Part shown: one piece after another, positions 39,601 through 54,600 of the stretch
Numbering within the stretch: the stretch's first letter is position 1
How the letters are laid out: the number at the start of each line of letters is the position of its first letter
NCBI GenBank assembly: GCA_030141605.1
Contig: JAQGDQ010000140.1
Location: forward strand, 124,001 to 188,000
DNA: 64,000 nucleotides
Direction of reading: 5' to 3'
Origin: Tubiluchus corallicola
Taxonomy: Eukaryota; Animalia; Priapulida
Program-made: the position numbers and the translations under genes
The notes under the pieces: model-generated
The model's input: the letters and a program-made list of their open reading frames with translations, nothing else
What the model was told of the DNA's origin: nothing
The model's database searches: none

Positions 39601-42600
39601 ATCTCCTCGTGGGCCACACAAATTCTCTCGGCGGGCCGCAATATGCACACCCCTGATGTACATTATGTCACGTTTCAACAGCTGCTCGCCTATCAATTTA
39701 TAGGTCATTAAACAGCATTTAACAGTATACTGAATATCTCAATAGCACTGTACTTCAATTTTCGTTTTCGCAAACACGTGCAACACGCTCATGGAATATT
39801 TTTATTGTTGAAAATTATGTTAGTTTGTGATGTGGGCTTCGCCTGTCGCTGATTGTTTAAACTATTATTTAATTATCAGAAACACTTTTGCAGTATTAAT
39901 TGTGTTAAAATGTATACTTTTTAATGGACTTGAAACTGCGGTTGTATATGAAAAATCAGCCTGTCTTCCTTTAAATATAGCTTAAGTCAAAACATTCAGT
40001 TTCTTTACCATAATTATACACAAGAGTAAATATCCTACAATTTATTGAGATACTACTGTCTCAATTAAGTCCATTAAGTAAAATGTGTGTTTTAACATTA
40101 TCGTTCAAGTTTCCATAATTTCCAAGTAAAACTAAACATCACTTACGTCCTGTGAAACAAATAACCTCCTTTCTGTACCAAGTTTGTGTTTGGCGGTATG
40201 AACGGCAGATCGTGAGTAAGGTGAGGTTCTAGGTAGTACTTATGCGCACTCTGTACTTCTATTGCATTCACAACCTCCGATGATTTTAAATGTTCTTGAT
40301 TCATCTCCGAGTGAACACTGCAAAAATAAAAACAGGTATCTAGAAAGCATGGTGGTAGATAATGTTGAAATCTCACCTAAAGTACAGGAGCAGAAGAGTC
40401 GCAAATTCTAAAGCATGTTATAGAAACTAAAAATATTGTGTGCACAATGGGTTTCAGGGTGTCAATCTCACTAATGTCGACTTTTTCGAGTCACTTATCA
40501 CTCAAACACGACTGGCTGGCCGTCTTCCCAGACAGTTTTAATTGAATACCTGGTCATGTTAAAGAGGAACGAAAAATGACCAAGTGCTGGGCCAATCATA
40601 TGTCTTCTTAATGTGTCAAAGGAGCTTAAATGGATGCCGTAACTATCCATTTTTCTGCTCTCTCAGCATCTCAGCAGCAGTTAATCCTGTATGCAGCGAA
40701 TCTTTAAGATGATGATACAAAATTTCACGACGAAACAATTTTATCATCCGTACCTTTGCACACTGGCACTAATATTGCTAAGAAACTCGTCTAAATCGGA
40801 CACCGAAATGCTTTCATGTCCCATTTTAAAGAATGCCCTTATTGCATGTAGGTAGCCGAGCAACGGCTCCAACAGAGAACATCTCCTTTTGTACTGTAGC
40901 AAGTTGAGTGCTCGATAATACTGTAGCGCTGTCTGCAAGCAAAAGTAAAAGTGTAACAGGTTAACAACCGGCAGTCAGAAGTACGCGAGCTCGATTCCAA
41001 GATTTTCAAAGTTAGTCTAGTATTTGCATAGCCAACAGATAATGAAATCCTACCCACTTTAATTCAATTTTAAATTTAGGCTTAAACATAAATTATGTAC
41101 AAGAACTGAATAACGAATGTTCGCAGCGTATAATTAATGTTATAGTTAATGTCAAACAAATCTTGTATTTTTGTTAGTCTATAAACCAATTTGTCTTTGG
41201 ACTACAGTTTTCAATCATCAGCAATTGCAAAGTCTTTCTTACCACTTAAGCACTATTTTCATCAGTAGTTTAGTTTCATAACATGAATGGCTTAAAAACT
41301 CTTAGGAGCTAATGTTTTTAAGGTCATGTAAAAACTGACTATAACTAAAGTTTGGTTTGATTTGATAATGTATTAATGTGGAACAACGCTACAGTAAAAA
41401 TTGCATTAATAAAATTTCATTCAAATCACGTTTTAGAAACATTAATCTTAATGTGCACTTCTGAAAACAAAAATAACAATAATGAATTTAGTACTATATC
41501 AATCACACTTTTATTCATTCATTTTTTTATTTCTAAACTTTGCAAACTATAAAAAAAAACGCAAAGTTAAAGCAAGTAATCACTAAAACTAAAATGTAAA
41601 ATATGCAATATTTCTTCGACGAAGACCCTGTCAAGTTAGAAATTATGATGTATTATCACCAATAGCAATTGTTAACTCATTTTACTGACACAGCAGTATC
41701 TAACACGAGCTTTGACAATCCTAGTCCTAGAATACCATGAAGGTAAATTTTTTTATACTAAGAATCTAAAATAGATATGGTACTGATCACAAATGCCTGT
41801 ACATGCAGTTATGCTACGCAATTGCAAATTAATATTGCAACTAACATCTGGCGAATCTTGGATTTTCGTGGATCTATGGAAGAATTTATCTCTGGATTAA
41901 AGTTTTCAATCACGGTGCTTGTTTTGCCATTTTATAAGGTTTAGTTTTCTAAGTAACATCTCTCCAGATGCAATCAAACTCACAAAAAGGTTTCGAGTGA
42001 ATTATCAGTACTGCATGTGGTTACAACATAACTGTTAAAACGTAACATACGAAGTTACAACGTAACTATTCTCGAAGTAATGTTTTTTCCTCGCACATGT
42101 ATGCGTTGCAACGTGTCCGTTATGTATTGTGTCGTACTCAAAAACGGCAGAACATCCAGGTGTAATCGTATGTGCAATTTTGTGCATAAGCAGGTTTCTA
42201 TCGAATAATGTGCTGGGTTGGTTGACAGAGCGATCTAGTTGAGTTCGAGTCCAACGACTGCCAGTGCCAGGGCATGTACCTTACATGTTACTCGTTATTT
42301 GTGTGTTGTCCTTACTTACTTGTCCTTATCTAATTTTACTTGTGCTTACCTAATTTACTTGTGCTTACCTAATTTACTTGTGCTTACCTAATTTACTTGT
42401 CCTTACCTAATTTACTTGTCCTTACCTAATTTACTTGTCCTTACCTAATTTACTTGTCCTTACCTAATTTACTTGTGCTTACCTAATTTACTTGTCCTTA
42501 CCTAATTTACTTGTCCTTACCTAATTTACTTGTCCTTACCTAATTTACTTGTGCTTACCGTATTGCTGTTGTTTTGTTAAATGAGCGATGATAAATAAAT

Positions 42601-45600
42601 CTCGTCTTTCTGTTAGCATACCGAACAATCTTGTTTCCAAGCTTTCCTATTTTCAAATGCAAAATCATTAATCTTGCTACAAGTTTATCGGTTGCAAATG
42701 ATAAGCAATGATACTTACTTGATGATATTTTTTACGGAAAACGAAAACGTCTTCATTTGCTTCCATAACCTGTTTTTTGTTTTCCTTCTTCTTGCTAAGA
42801 CGTGTGTATCTTTCCAAAGCTTTCTCATGTTCTGAAATCATACAATTAATAAATAGAATATAATTAATTAACAAAATAAGTAGACAATTAATTTCACGTC
42901 ACTTTGCATATTTACAATTTTTCTGCAAGGTCTAGTCTTATACAACATGATTTAAATGCACGTGATTCAAAATCTGTATGCCACAACTTCTCTGGCCACA
43001 CATTTTCACTCGGATGCAGTCTAGATAAATGCCGTTTCCAATCTTTGCCACACATAGATTTTTATTAAACATGCTTATTTTCTGTCTCACACAAACTATC
43101 TAGTTTCTCGAACCTCTCGTGTGCATGCTCAGTACAAGAGTTTGCATGAGCAAAATGAAAAGCAATTATTTTGTTCACATGTTATCTAGTAACTGTTTAA
43201 TGAGGTTGCCCATGATCCAGTTTACTTCATACAAAATCTGCGGTGCGTGGAAAAATTTCACCCCGAGACATTTTCCGTCAAACAGTTTGTGTCAGACAAG
43301 TTGTACTAGAAGTACCACTACGACATATTCTACTAATAATGAGAAAATGGAAACCTTTACACTTTCTAAATCTGTAAATATGAAGGTAAGTGCACGAAGT
43401 TCAAATTTTGTTGAAAAAAAGTTGAATTTAATCTTGACCTACAATATTTTCCTTAAATAGCTTTGCTATAGTTTTCTAGCTCTCTTCTTTTTCTTGCTAC
43501 ACACACACACACCTGCATTAAAGTGCATTTAGAAAAGTAAAAAGAAACCAACGGTAATTTTTGCACACAGTTAAACACACTCAAAAACCAGTTTAAGCAA
43601 ACCATATTTCCAAATTTCAATTTGCAAATATTTTTTTATGAGTGCACAAGTATAAAGTTCGTTTTCAAAAAAATTAACAAATCAATTTTAGCCCCTGAGA
43701 CAAACCTTGTCCAGAGTACTGGAACTGATTACTCAATTTCTGTATTTCGCTCATATCGTTATCCAGAAATCGTGTCAGTGGAAACATCATACCATCTGAT
43801 AATTGTGTAGCTAACACCTCTTGCCATGAGCTTATCTGAAATAGAGTAATCAAAAGTCTATATTAGTGCGCAAAATCAAGTGACTCCTGTCGCAAACTTA
43901 CTGAAATAAATAGAGTGGGTAGTGGTCCAAATCACACCTACAAAATCCCAACATAAGCTTAACTGAATTAAAGCGGTAAAAGTCTTATCTTACAAACTTA
44001 TCTGAAATAAAGCAAGTAACTTGTCGGTAAAATGTCGAAAACTCATCTACCTTTCGTTTGTCAAGTCGAATTTTAATTTCTGCCCTGTAATCTGGCATTT
44101 CTGTAGTAAATCAAATAGCCAGAAGTTAGAGCGTTTGAATTTCAGAGCGCTCCGTCTAGTTTATAATGATTTCGAAAGTATCTAGGAAAATCTATTGTTT
44201 AAAGACAATTATGTGTTTCTTCAACTTCAGAGACAACGTCTCATTGCTGTGGAAGTATTCAAGATTTTGTCCAAAAACTGCCCGTCCTATCTCTATGGAC
44301 TGATAGAGGAACGAAAGCAAAACCGCTACTTCCTCAGAAAAATGAACACTGCAGAACACCCTACATGTGATGGTGTTACACGTGGCAAGAAAAGTTTCTC
44401 CTATTATGGAGCCACACTGAATTACCAAACTGTCTCCAAATGGCCGAAAATCTTGGGGAATTTAAACGTCTAATTAACTCACAGACTGGTGTATCATGTA
44501 AATGTGCCATTTGTAAATTTAGCGAACTTCCAATTTTGTTAAGTCGTAATTAAATGCTGAAATGTTGGCAGAAAATTTTTTATTGACCTAGATAGCTTTT
44601 TGTGTAAATTTTAGAAAATGTTACTGCCTAAAATTTTACTGTCTCAATTTTTACTGTCTTTATGTAGTTATAAATTTTTCTTGTACCAATACCTCTGGTG
44701 GCATCCAAAAGATTTAAGAAGTACATATTATTACCATGTTATCGCTCATATACATTATGTTTGATATCGGTTTACGAGCTTTAAGCTCATGTTTTACAAA
44801 TATGTACTGTTTTATATCATAAAGATGAAAATAAATATTATCTTATCTTATCTTATCTTAACAATCTAAATCACATCCACAAAATCAAATAGTCAAGCAC
44901 CATTTCCCATGAGCTTATATGAAATAGAGTAGGTAGCAGTCTAAATAAATCCCACAAAATCAAGCACCTCCTGCCACAAACTTATCTGAAATAGAATGGT
45001 TAACAGTCTACTTTGAAATAAATTGTATAAAAATCAAAATTAATCCTTTAAATTCGACCTGATTTTGTATTATACTTATTTGCAACAGAGTAAGTGACGA
45101 TCTTAAATAAACTTACAAAAATCAAACAACTCCAGTAATAATCTTAAACGTTCAAACTAGGCAAGAAAGAAACACTGTTGTTGTAAACTTGTCCAAAACA
45201 AAGCGTGTACCAGTCTAGTGTAAACCAAAAAATCGAAAATCACCTGCCATGAGCTTAGCCTATACGAAATGGATAACGCTCATTAATTGGCCTACAAGGT
45301 AAACCATGCAGGGGCATATTAGGGCTGAGAAAATGTGAACAAAATGAATCTTTTAGACTAGAAACTAGGAGGCGCTAAAAATGATCACTGTTCTGTTAAT
45401 GCCATTTCACTTTGTAAACAGCTTATAGTGAGTGCATTAACAACAAAACGGTGAAAAATTTTGAGCTGTAAATAAACTACATAGTTGCTCAAACTGCCAT
45501 TTCTGAAGCACAACAAAGCTGCCAATTTTCTAAGATCTTTTTTTTCAAGTGTGATAAATACTTTACACAAATTTTAAAACCCATGTAGAAAAATGGTGCA

Positions 45601-48600
45601 TTTTCCCTTATATTCGTCAATATGTGACTTGTTATAAATTCTAGACACAATTCGATGTAATAAAGGCAAAATGAGCATCCATGGCAATAAATTGAGTCCA
45701 TATTTCCGGAGAGCTGATCCCATGTAATGGACACAACTTCGTAAAACAGACGTAGCGCGTGCAATAAATGTAAAACAAACAGCCTTGTTACGACAAAACT
45801 GCTTTTTGAGTTCGTTTTGCATTGAAATGTTTGCACAAAAATAAAGTACAAAATGTTTAAAACAATATTAAGACATTTGAAACAAAGTACTAAAAAGGGA
45901 TTTTGCAAAATAATTCTTAAAAGAATATTAAGACATTTGAAATAAAGTACTAAAAAGGAATTTTGCATAACAATATGAAAATTTAAAAAGCAAATTTCTC
46001 TGTTCACTTGCAAACAACATAACATTCTGTAGTAAGAAAGAACATTTCATGAAATATTTATCTATGAAGAAACCTGTCAAAACACAATTTTTTCTGCCTC
46101 TTTTGTAAATATTTGCTAACATAATATTTGCAAATGTGTTTTGTTGACTAGGCAGATTAACAACTTTACTTTTTAAACTACACTATAAAAAGAATTGAAG
46201 ACAATAATGAGATCTAAATAAAATGTATATCAGCTATCCCTCCATTCAATTTGAGAAGCATCGTATTAGAAACATACACGCATATTCCATTAAGTGCATG
46301 GCAAAATTAAGCAGCAAATGCAAGAAAGCAACAGCCTAAAGCCCAGCTCACACTGTTGTAGCAAAACAAAACAGCATTATGATTAAACAGCAACGTCAGT
46401 ACACTATGCCGTTGGGTAACAAGAAGACCACTATATGATTATCAATATCATTTCAACGTAGAAAAAGTGTACAAGCAGAGTTCACCGTGTCTCAGAAGCT
46501 TGTCTCTTAAATACTGAGCAAACACAGGTGCTGGGATCATCTAAGTGACCACTTTGTCCTTTGGGAAGACTCCAGTGTGTTTGTCGAGTTGCGGTCCAGT
46601 GAATTTTCATGCTACTGAATTTAATCGAAAAAATCACAGAGTTTACAGGTCACCGCTCCGACTGCAAGCCGTGCCAGACACGCGAGGATTTCATATTAAA
46701 TTTTGAGTGTACGATACATTTGTAATTTCAGCAATACTTTGATGTAATAAATTGTTCTGCACTAACATGAATTTATCCTTTATAGTGAGAACACAAGTAA
46801 AACTTCGGTAAAAATCCTTTGTCTAAATTTCAATATTAGCCAATACTCAATAATCAGTATTTTCATATATATTCATGCTATGATCATATGTAGTGTTTAA
46901 TACAATGCTTTCACAATGTAAATTTATCTATATTATCATCTTAGTAGAGGGGTAGAACTAGATGATCTTTCACCACCCTGTTTCTCTTAGCTGTTATATC
47001 ACTTGTATATTTCAGGTTTTCTATGTTATTGAGGCGAATAAACTATTCTGTTCTGTTCTGTTCTGTTCTGTTCTACTATGCTGTTTTTGTACTCCCTTAA
47101 CAAAAGTTTATGTGCCCCCCCCACACATACAATGACAGTCCTTTGGCTTTGCCTTGATTTGTTCTGAAAATGGCAACATGTGTGATTATGTGAATGTACC
47201 CTTACATTGTAACAGGAATCCATATGCTCCTGTTACTTAGGTGTCAAAACTAGAATTACCTTACCTCATGATCTATGAACGGTTTGGCCAAAACGAAGCC
47301 AGCAAAACCTCATTCTGTGTAAGATATGTGAATACATTGAACAGACAGGGCTTCATGTACCTAATCACCACACTCAGTGAGTAGTTTACCTATGTTGATG
47401 AAGCCACACTGATGTGATAATTATATTATTAGTGAAGCCACATAAGCATCACTTTCTAGCCTATGGATTTATATTCTGTTGATCGTACTTGTTTTACCGA
47501 TGCTAATGAAAAGATAATAATAATAACCTTTAAATAAAGTCGGCTTGAATTCAACAGACAACACAAGCCTGCCATAACACTTTTATCACCGACTGTAAAT
47601 AACAAATTACACCTACATAACAGAGATTATTATTGTACCCCAGTTTTACCCAAAATACCATTCGGGTACCATTTTTAAGCTTACTTTATCGTGTTGCATT
47701 TTTCAGTTAGCTTGCCAAGTCTGTAATTAGTAAATAAAATGTTTCAAGAGTTGTTGTTAAACGTTTTGATGTCAGCGCTTTTGCAAGTAACAAGATTAAT
47801 TATAATTACAGCATTACGAGAGTGGATGCTTTTACACTGTGCTAGTGTTATTTTATGTAATATGTGAAATAAATTGTTATATGAAATACATGAAATTAAA
47901 GTCATTGGTATGACTCAGACACAACATCGAACTCATGACCTTGCAGAAAAGTTAAATGTGTAGAGCTAAATGTGTAAAACTCATAGTAGCAATCGCTGGT
48001 CAATTTTTTGGGTTCAGATAAAGTGTTTTTTTACAAACTATGACACATTAAAAGCCAGAATGCAGCAAACAAATGCAGGGTTCATTCAACAAGATGTTTG
48101 TGGCAAGACTGGATACCCTGAGTTGAGTCAGAAAAGACGTTAGAGTTACTTTTGATGGATTGCTTGCATTTAAACGTCATATCACGGAAATATAAGCAAA
48201 GCTAAGAAGATGGTCGGGATAATAATTAAGGTTTTTACCATCTTGAATCACAGTATGTTCATCTGTCTGTATAAAGTCCATGTAAGGCCCCATTTGGAGT
48301 TTTCAAGCTCAGTATGGCACCCATCAACGGTCAAATATATAGATCAACTGGAACAAGTTCCAAGATAAGCAACAAGAAAGCTAAGAGACTTGAGAGAATT
48401 ATTTTATACTGGCCGGTTATAGGACAGAACCCTTTTTCGCACAGAACTATAGATGCAAGGAATGGCTTACCCAACGATGTCGTATGCGCACCAAGCACTG
48501 GGCTGAGAAAGAGATAGTCAACAATTACAAGGCCTCCATCGAGGATACGGATACAATTTGACTAGAAGATCGCTTTGCCAAAAACAACATAAGGTAAGGT

Positions 48601-51600
48601 ATCGCTGAAGCTTGGCTCGTTATCAAGAATATCACTCTAAAATGAGCCACTGAACTGGCAGAGGTGTCTCAGTCACATTTGGATGAATATAAATGTATGT
48701 TCTCCCTCCACGAAGCAAACAGCCAAAGCTTATGCATAATACTGCTCAGAGCAAATATCGAACTAATACCCACTTAGCCATAAACCTCGCTTTACATAGC
48801 ATGCCAAAAAGAAGCACACCCAAAGTATCAAATGTAAAGCTCGTTGGTTTAAACTGTATTTATTAGTACATTGAAAATACAACAGCATACAATTGAAAAA
48901 TACATACATGAACAGCTGAAATCGTTTGACGGTGCTAAGTGATTGGCTAACATGCCTATAAAAAGCCACTCGTGTGAAAACAGTCAGTGTTAAAGATCAT
49001 TAAGAAACACAATAACTTCATATATTGGTGATAAAACAGGAAGTAAAACGTGCAAGCAAGAAAAAATAGCGAGGATTAGTTGGGGGCGGATGACATAGGG
49101 ATATGATAGGTGAGACAGAGAAGAGGATGTTTAATGATACTCAGATATGGGCATACAAGATAAGGGTGTACAGATTTCTCAAGGTTACATGATGCACAAA
49201 ATGCTCTAAGCTGAGTATTTGGTTATTTGATGCTGCCTGTTTATGCACCACAATTATGAATGTATCTCGAAATGAAAGATTAGTAAAAAATAGATAAGTA
49301 AATAAAAAATGTGTTTTTTATACTGATGAAAAGCTAAAGCCTCCTATATAGATGATAATCTGGTGGAGCATTGTTTGAATTATGTTACATTATGATGTAA
49401 ATATTTACATATTTCGAAATCTTTTGCTTAACATGATAGAATTGATAGCTGCTGGTGTAATATTTCTGTTAAAGGACGCTGACAGATTAGGATCACCGTA
49501 CAGTACAATGTTAATGTTATTGTTTACTGCAATTAGAGAGAAATTAATAGTGATGAGTATTCAGCAAACGGAGGGGGGGGGCATTCTAGAAATATGTGTT
49601 TAGGATCTTCAAATGGTGTCCACAAACAGTTAGGAGAATGAGCAATATGATTTGCAAACATATGAGCAGCTAGGAGACTGGAACCTGTTCTCATTCTTGC
49701 AGGATGAATTTGTCCTATTCAACAACCAACGTAAAAATGAGATAGAGGAGAGCAAGTATGGAATCAGTCAAGATGATGGGGATGCTGCATTTTTCACACC
49801 TTCAGGAAAAACTCCGCAAAGCTAGTTTTTTAAAGCTAGAATCAAGACTGGGTCTGTTCAGCTGCTTTATACTTAAGGTACTTCATTTCAAAAATGCCCC
49901 TGTACCGTACGCAAAAGTATTTCATTTAGAAAAACGTCTTATGCCAACTAACCTGGAACAGATTTTGTGCTCAAATCACAAACAAAAAAATGTAAAATAC
50001 ACGGTTTATAATATACAATGACCACGTTTCTAGTTACAACGCATCACTTGGAAAAGGCAACTCGTCAATGTGATGCAAATAAGATGGCAGCTGTCCTCTT
50101 AGTTTTTAAAGTAATCAATAAGACAAAAGTTCTTTTCGCATGGAATTTTTTAAAAAGGAGAAGTAACTGGTTTGGTTGGCAGAACAATGTTAAAAGAAAT
50201 CATAGCAGAGAGCTAATGTTTATACAGTAAATTTACTCACGCAGAAATGTATCAAATTCTTGTTAGAAGTTTTCTATTTTTGATAATATATAACTTCATT
50301 TTCTATAGACACATGGAAACGATGTAACTGCAATATTACAATATTTCAACGGTAACTGAAGTACTAGTTAAGCAATTATTTTAACTACCTTTAGCAAAAT
50401 TTTAAAGATTGTTAGGGGGCTCATCTACGCTACGACTAAACAAAATCTACCAAGTACACTAGCACCCAAAACTCTGGAAATTGCTTGGCCTTCAATAATA
50501 CAATTCAAGATTAGTTGCCATGCTGCATAACAAGAAGAACAGCAGTACAATAACATTTTTCTGTGGAAGTCTTGAGGTGAAACCTTTCTCAACATTGATA
50601 ATGACTCTAAAATGTCTTAACCCCTGCAGTAATGATTCAGTAATTGAGTAAGTCATTCACTCAATCATAATTTCTCATATTTTAAAACTAATTCCAAACT
50701 AAACTATAAACTATGATTTACTCTAGCCTAGAATAAAAGCTGGAGATTCAACAACTCGTACCACATCTAAGGTACTCTAGCCTAGACTAAAGGCTGGAGA
50801 TTCAACTCGTACCACATCTAAGGTACTCTAGCCTAGAATAAAAGCTGGAGATTCAACTAGTACCAAATCTAAGGTACTCTAGCCTAGAATAAAAGCTGGA
50901 GATTCAACTCGTACCACATCTAAGGTACTCTAGCCTAGAATAAAAGCTGGAGATTCAACTCGTACCACATCTAAGGTACTCTAGCCTAGAATAAAAGCTG
51001 GAGATTCAACTCGTACCACATCTAAGGTACTCTAGCCTAGAATAAAAGCTGGAGATTCAACTCGTACCACATCTAAGGTACTCTAGCCTAGAATACAAGC
51101 TGGAGATTCAACTCGTACCACATCTAAGGTACTCTAGCCTAGAATAAAAGCTGGAGATTCAACTCGTACCACATCTAAGGTACTCTAGCCTAGAATGAAA
51201 GCTGGACATTCAACTCGTACCACATCTAAGGTATCCTAGCCTAGAATGAAAGCTGGAGATTCAACTCGTACCACATCTAAGGTATCCTAGCCTAGAATAA
51301 AAGCTGGAGATTCAACTCGTACCACATCTAAGGTACTCTAGCCTTGAATAAAAGCTGGAGATTCAACTCGTACCACATCTAAGGTACTCTAGACTAGAAT
51401 AAAAGCTGGAGATTCAACTCGTACCACATCTAAGGTACTCTAGCCTAGACTAAAAGCTGGAGATTCAACAACTCGTACCACATCTAAGGTATCCTAGCCT
51501 AGAATAAAAGCTGGAGATTCAACAAGTACCACATCTAAGGTACTCTAGCCTAGAATAAAAGCTGGAGATTCAACTCGTACCACATCTAAGGTACTCTAGC

Positions 51601-54600
51601 CTAGACTAAAAGCTGGAGATTCAACTCGTACCACATCTAAGGTACTCTAGCCTAGAATAAAAGCTGGAGATTCAACTCGTACCACATCTAAGGTACTCTA
51701 GCCTAGACTAAAAGCTGGAGATTCAACTCGTACCACATCTAAGGTACTCTAGCCTAGACTAAAAGCTGGAGATTCAACTCATACCATATCTAAGGTACTC
51801 TAGCCTAGAATGAAAGCTGGAGATTCAACTCGTACCACATCTAAGGTACTCTAGCCTAGAATGAAAGCTGGAGATTCAACTCGTACCACATCTAAGGTAC
51901 TCTAGCCTAGAATAAAAGCTGGAGATTCAACTCGCACCACATCTAAGGTACTCTAGCCTAGAATAAAAGCTGGAGATTCAACTCGTACCAAATCTAAGGT
52001 ACTCTAGCCTAGAATAAAAGCTGGAGATTCAACTCGTACCACATCTAAGGTACTCTAGCCTAGAATAAAAGCTGGAGATTCAACTCGCACCACATCTAAG
52101 GTACTCTAGCCTAGAATAAAAGCTGGAGATTCAACTCGTACCAAATCTAAGGTACTCTAGCCTAGAATAAAAGCTGGAGATTCAACTCGTACCACATCTA
52201 AGGTACTCTAGCCTAGAATAAAAGCTGGAGATTCAACTAGTACCACATCTAAGGTACTCTAGCCTAGAATAAAAGCTGGAGATTCAACTCGTACCACATC
52301 TAAGGTACTCTAGACTAGAATAAAAGCTGGAGATTCAACTAGTACCACATCTAAGGCACTCTAGACTAGAATAAAAGCTGGAGATTCAACTCGTACCACA
52401 TCTAAGGTACTCTAGCCTAGAATAAAAGCTGGAGATTCAACTAGTACCACATCTAAGGTACTCTAGCCTAGAATAAAAGCTGGAGATTCAACTCGTACCA
52501 CATCTAAGGTACTCTAGCCTAGACTAAAAGCTGGAGATTCAACTAGTACCACATCTAAGGTACTCTAGACTAGAATAAAAGCTGGAGATTCAACTCGTAC
52601 CACATCTAAGGTACTCTAGACTAGAATAAAAGCTGGAGATTCAACTAGTACCACATCTAAGGTATCCTAGCCTAGAATAAATGCTGGAGATTCAACTCGT
52701 ACCACATCTAAGGTACTCTAGCCTAGAATAAAAGCTGGAGATTTAACTCGTACCACATCTAAGGTATTCATCAAGCACAAAACTGTTTGGTCTAGAACTA
52801 CTTACTTCATCTATGGTTTGAGCAAACTGTCGAAGAGTAGAACCAAGGATACTATCTTCAGTCTCTAGAGGAAATTTCTGGAAAAAAAGCAGTAATTATT
52901 TAAACAGTTATGCTGTTCAGCTACAAAGGCAGTAAAACAGAAGTGTTAGATTTTTATGCAATGTACCTATGTTTCACTGGAATGCTAACAAGTTTATTAC
53001 CAATGAACAAAATTTCAGAGAATCCGTTAATTTGCTAAAAAGTCATTTCTTGCATTTTTGATACCAAATATTCATTCCCAACATGGAATTACATTAGAGA
53101 AATGTGAAAATATTAAACAAATACAATTTTTATTTCAAGTGCCAACAACAAATAATGCAATTTTAGGCAATAAATTCAGCAATTACAAAAGAATTTTTAC
53201 ACAGCTTAGAAAAATGCAAGGTCATTAAATTGCATAAACTGCAATATAGGTGGTTGTGGCAAAACTGGTACCTAACTTAAAAATAACAAGATAACAATGT
53301 TACAATGAAAAGCAGCATAGCAAACAAAACAAATCAGAAGCAGTATAACATAACACATCGATCCATTGCCTTTCTATTATCATTCCTCTTTTTCTTCCCT
53401 TTTCCATATCTGACTCTTTTATTTTTGTTTTTCTTTTTTTGGCTTTGGCGACATGCAGCAGTGTTGCCATTCCAAGATCTCTTCAGTTGAATATGTTAAA
53501 AAATATTATTCGTTAATTTGCTATTTTGCGTATTTCTTCACACAGACTCAATAATTGGTCCTATTCAGTTGTAATAGATAAACTTGAAACTTGCAGTTTC
53601 CCCACTAGCCATCTATCCATTTACTAACCGAGATTGGCAATGCCACTTTTTTGTGCCAAACTCACCAAGGATGCACAGTGACCACTTAGCTAAATACCCC
53701 TTTCCCTAAACTGAAGAAAAAGTTGTACTATGAATAAAATACCTAAGAGTTTGCATCAATTCAGGTGTTTCGATTCTATGCTAAAGAGGCCAGGGCCTCA
53801 AATTTCATGTGCAATAATTATTTGTTTGTCCTAGCTTGTTTTAACTACCAGAATCAGGCTGGTTTGATATTTGCAATACCTGCAAGGGCATGAAAGGAAT
53901 TCTAGTTAAAGTATTTATACCAGTTATATGATGGCCTAACGAAGCACAAAATCTGATGGTTACTGTGTACAGCCATTCCATCTAATAACTAGTTGTTAAT
54001 TACATGTAGGTGCTATCCTAATTATATGCATCCAGTGATACACGTTGTTTCTAAGAACTTAGTTATAGGGAACATACCAAACTGTAGAGTTGCACAGGTG
54101 CTACAGTGAATGGCCAAAATCCTGACTGCGATAATATTGACTTCCAGTAATACAGAGAACTGAGAAAGCGTAAAAGTGTCTGCCCTTTGCACAACATTAG
54201 GCTTTAAGCTTTTAGCAAACAAGATTTTTATTTACCAAAATGGTAAGTTTTGCAACTTCAAAATCTGTAAAACTTGCCATTTTGATAAGTAAAAAACCTG
54301 TCTGTTAAGAGTCAAATGCTCAATGTTGCCATGCAAAGGGCAGACACTTTTATTCTATCATACCCTAATAAAAACCATCTACTCATTTCTTTCAAGGTCA
54401 TCAAGTATTTGCAATGTCTCAACCACTAGTGGACTGTATGCAGGGCCGGATTTTGAATCTGTAGGCCTCTGGGATACAGATACTGTGAAGCCTGGCCCAA
54501 AGTGACAATTAAAAAAAATAAGCGTTAGGCTTTCTTTATTTAACTCTATTTTTAAAGAGATAATTCAGCACACTTCTACTCTCATTCGGTAGTGACTTTT

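Noticed and set aside
50719-52766. CRISPR-array-like regular repeat
   Set aside because: No unique spacers (whole units repeat), eukaryotic intron context and no cas genes; it is a minisatellite.
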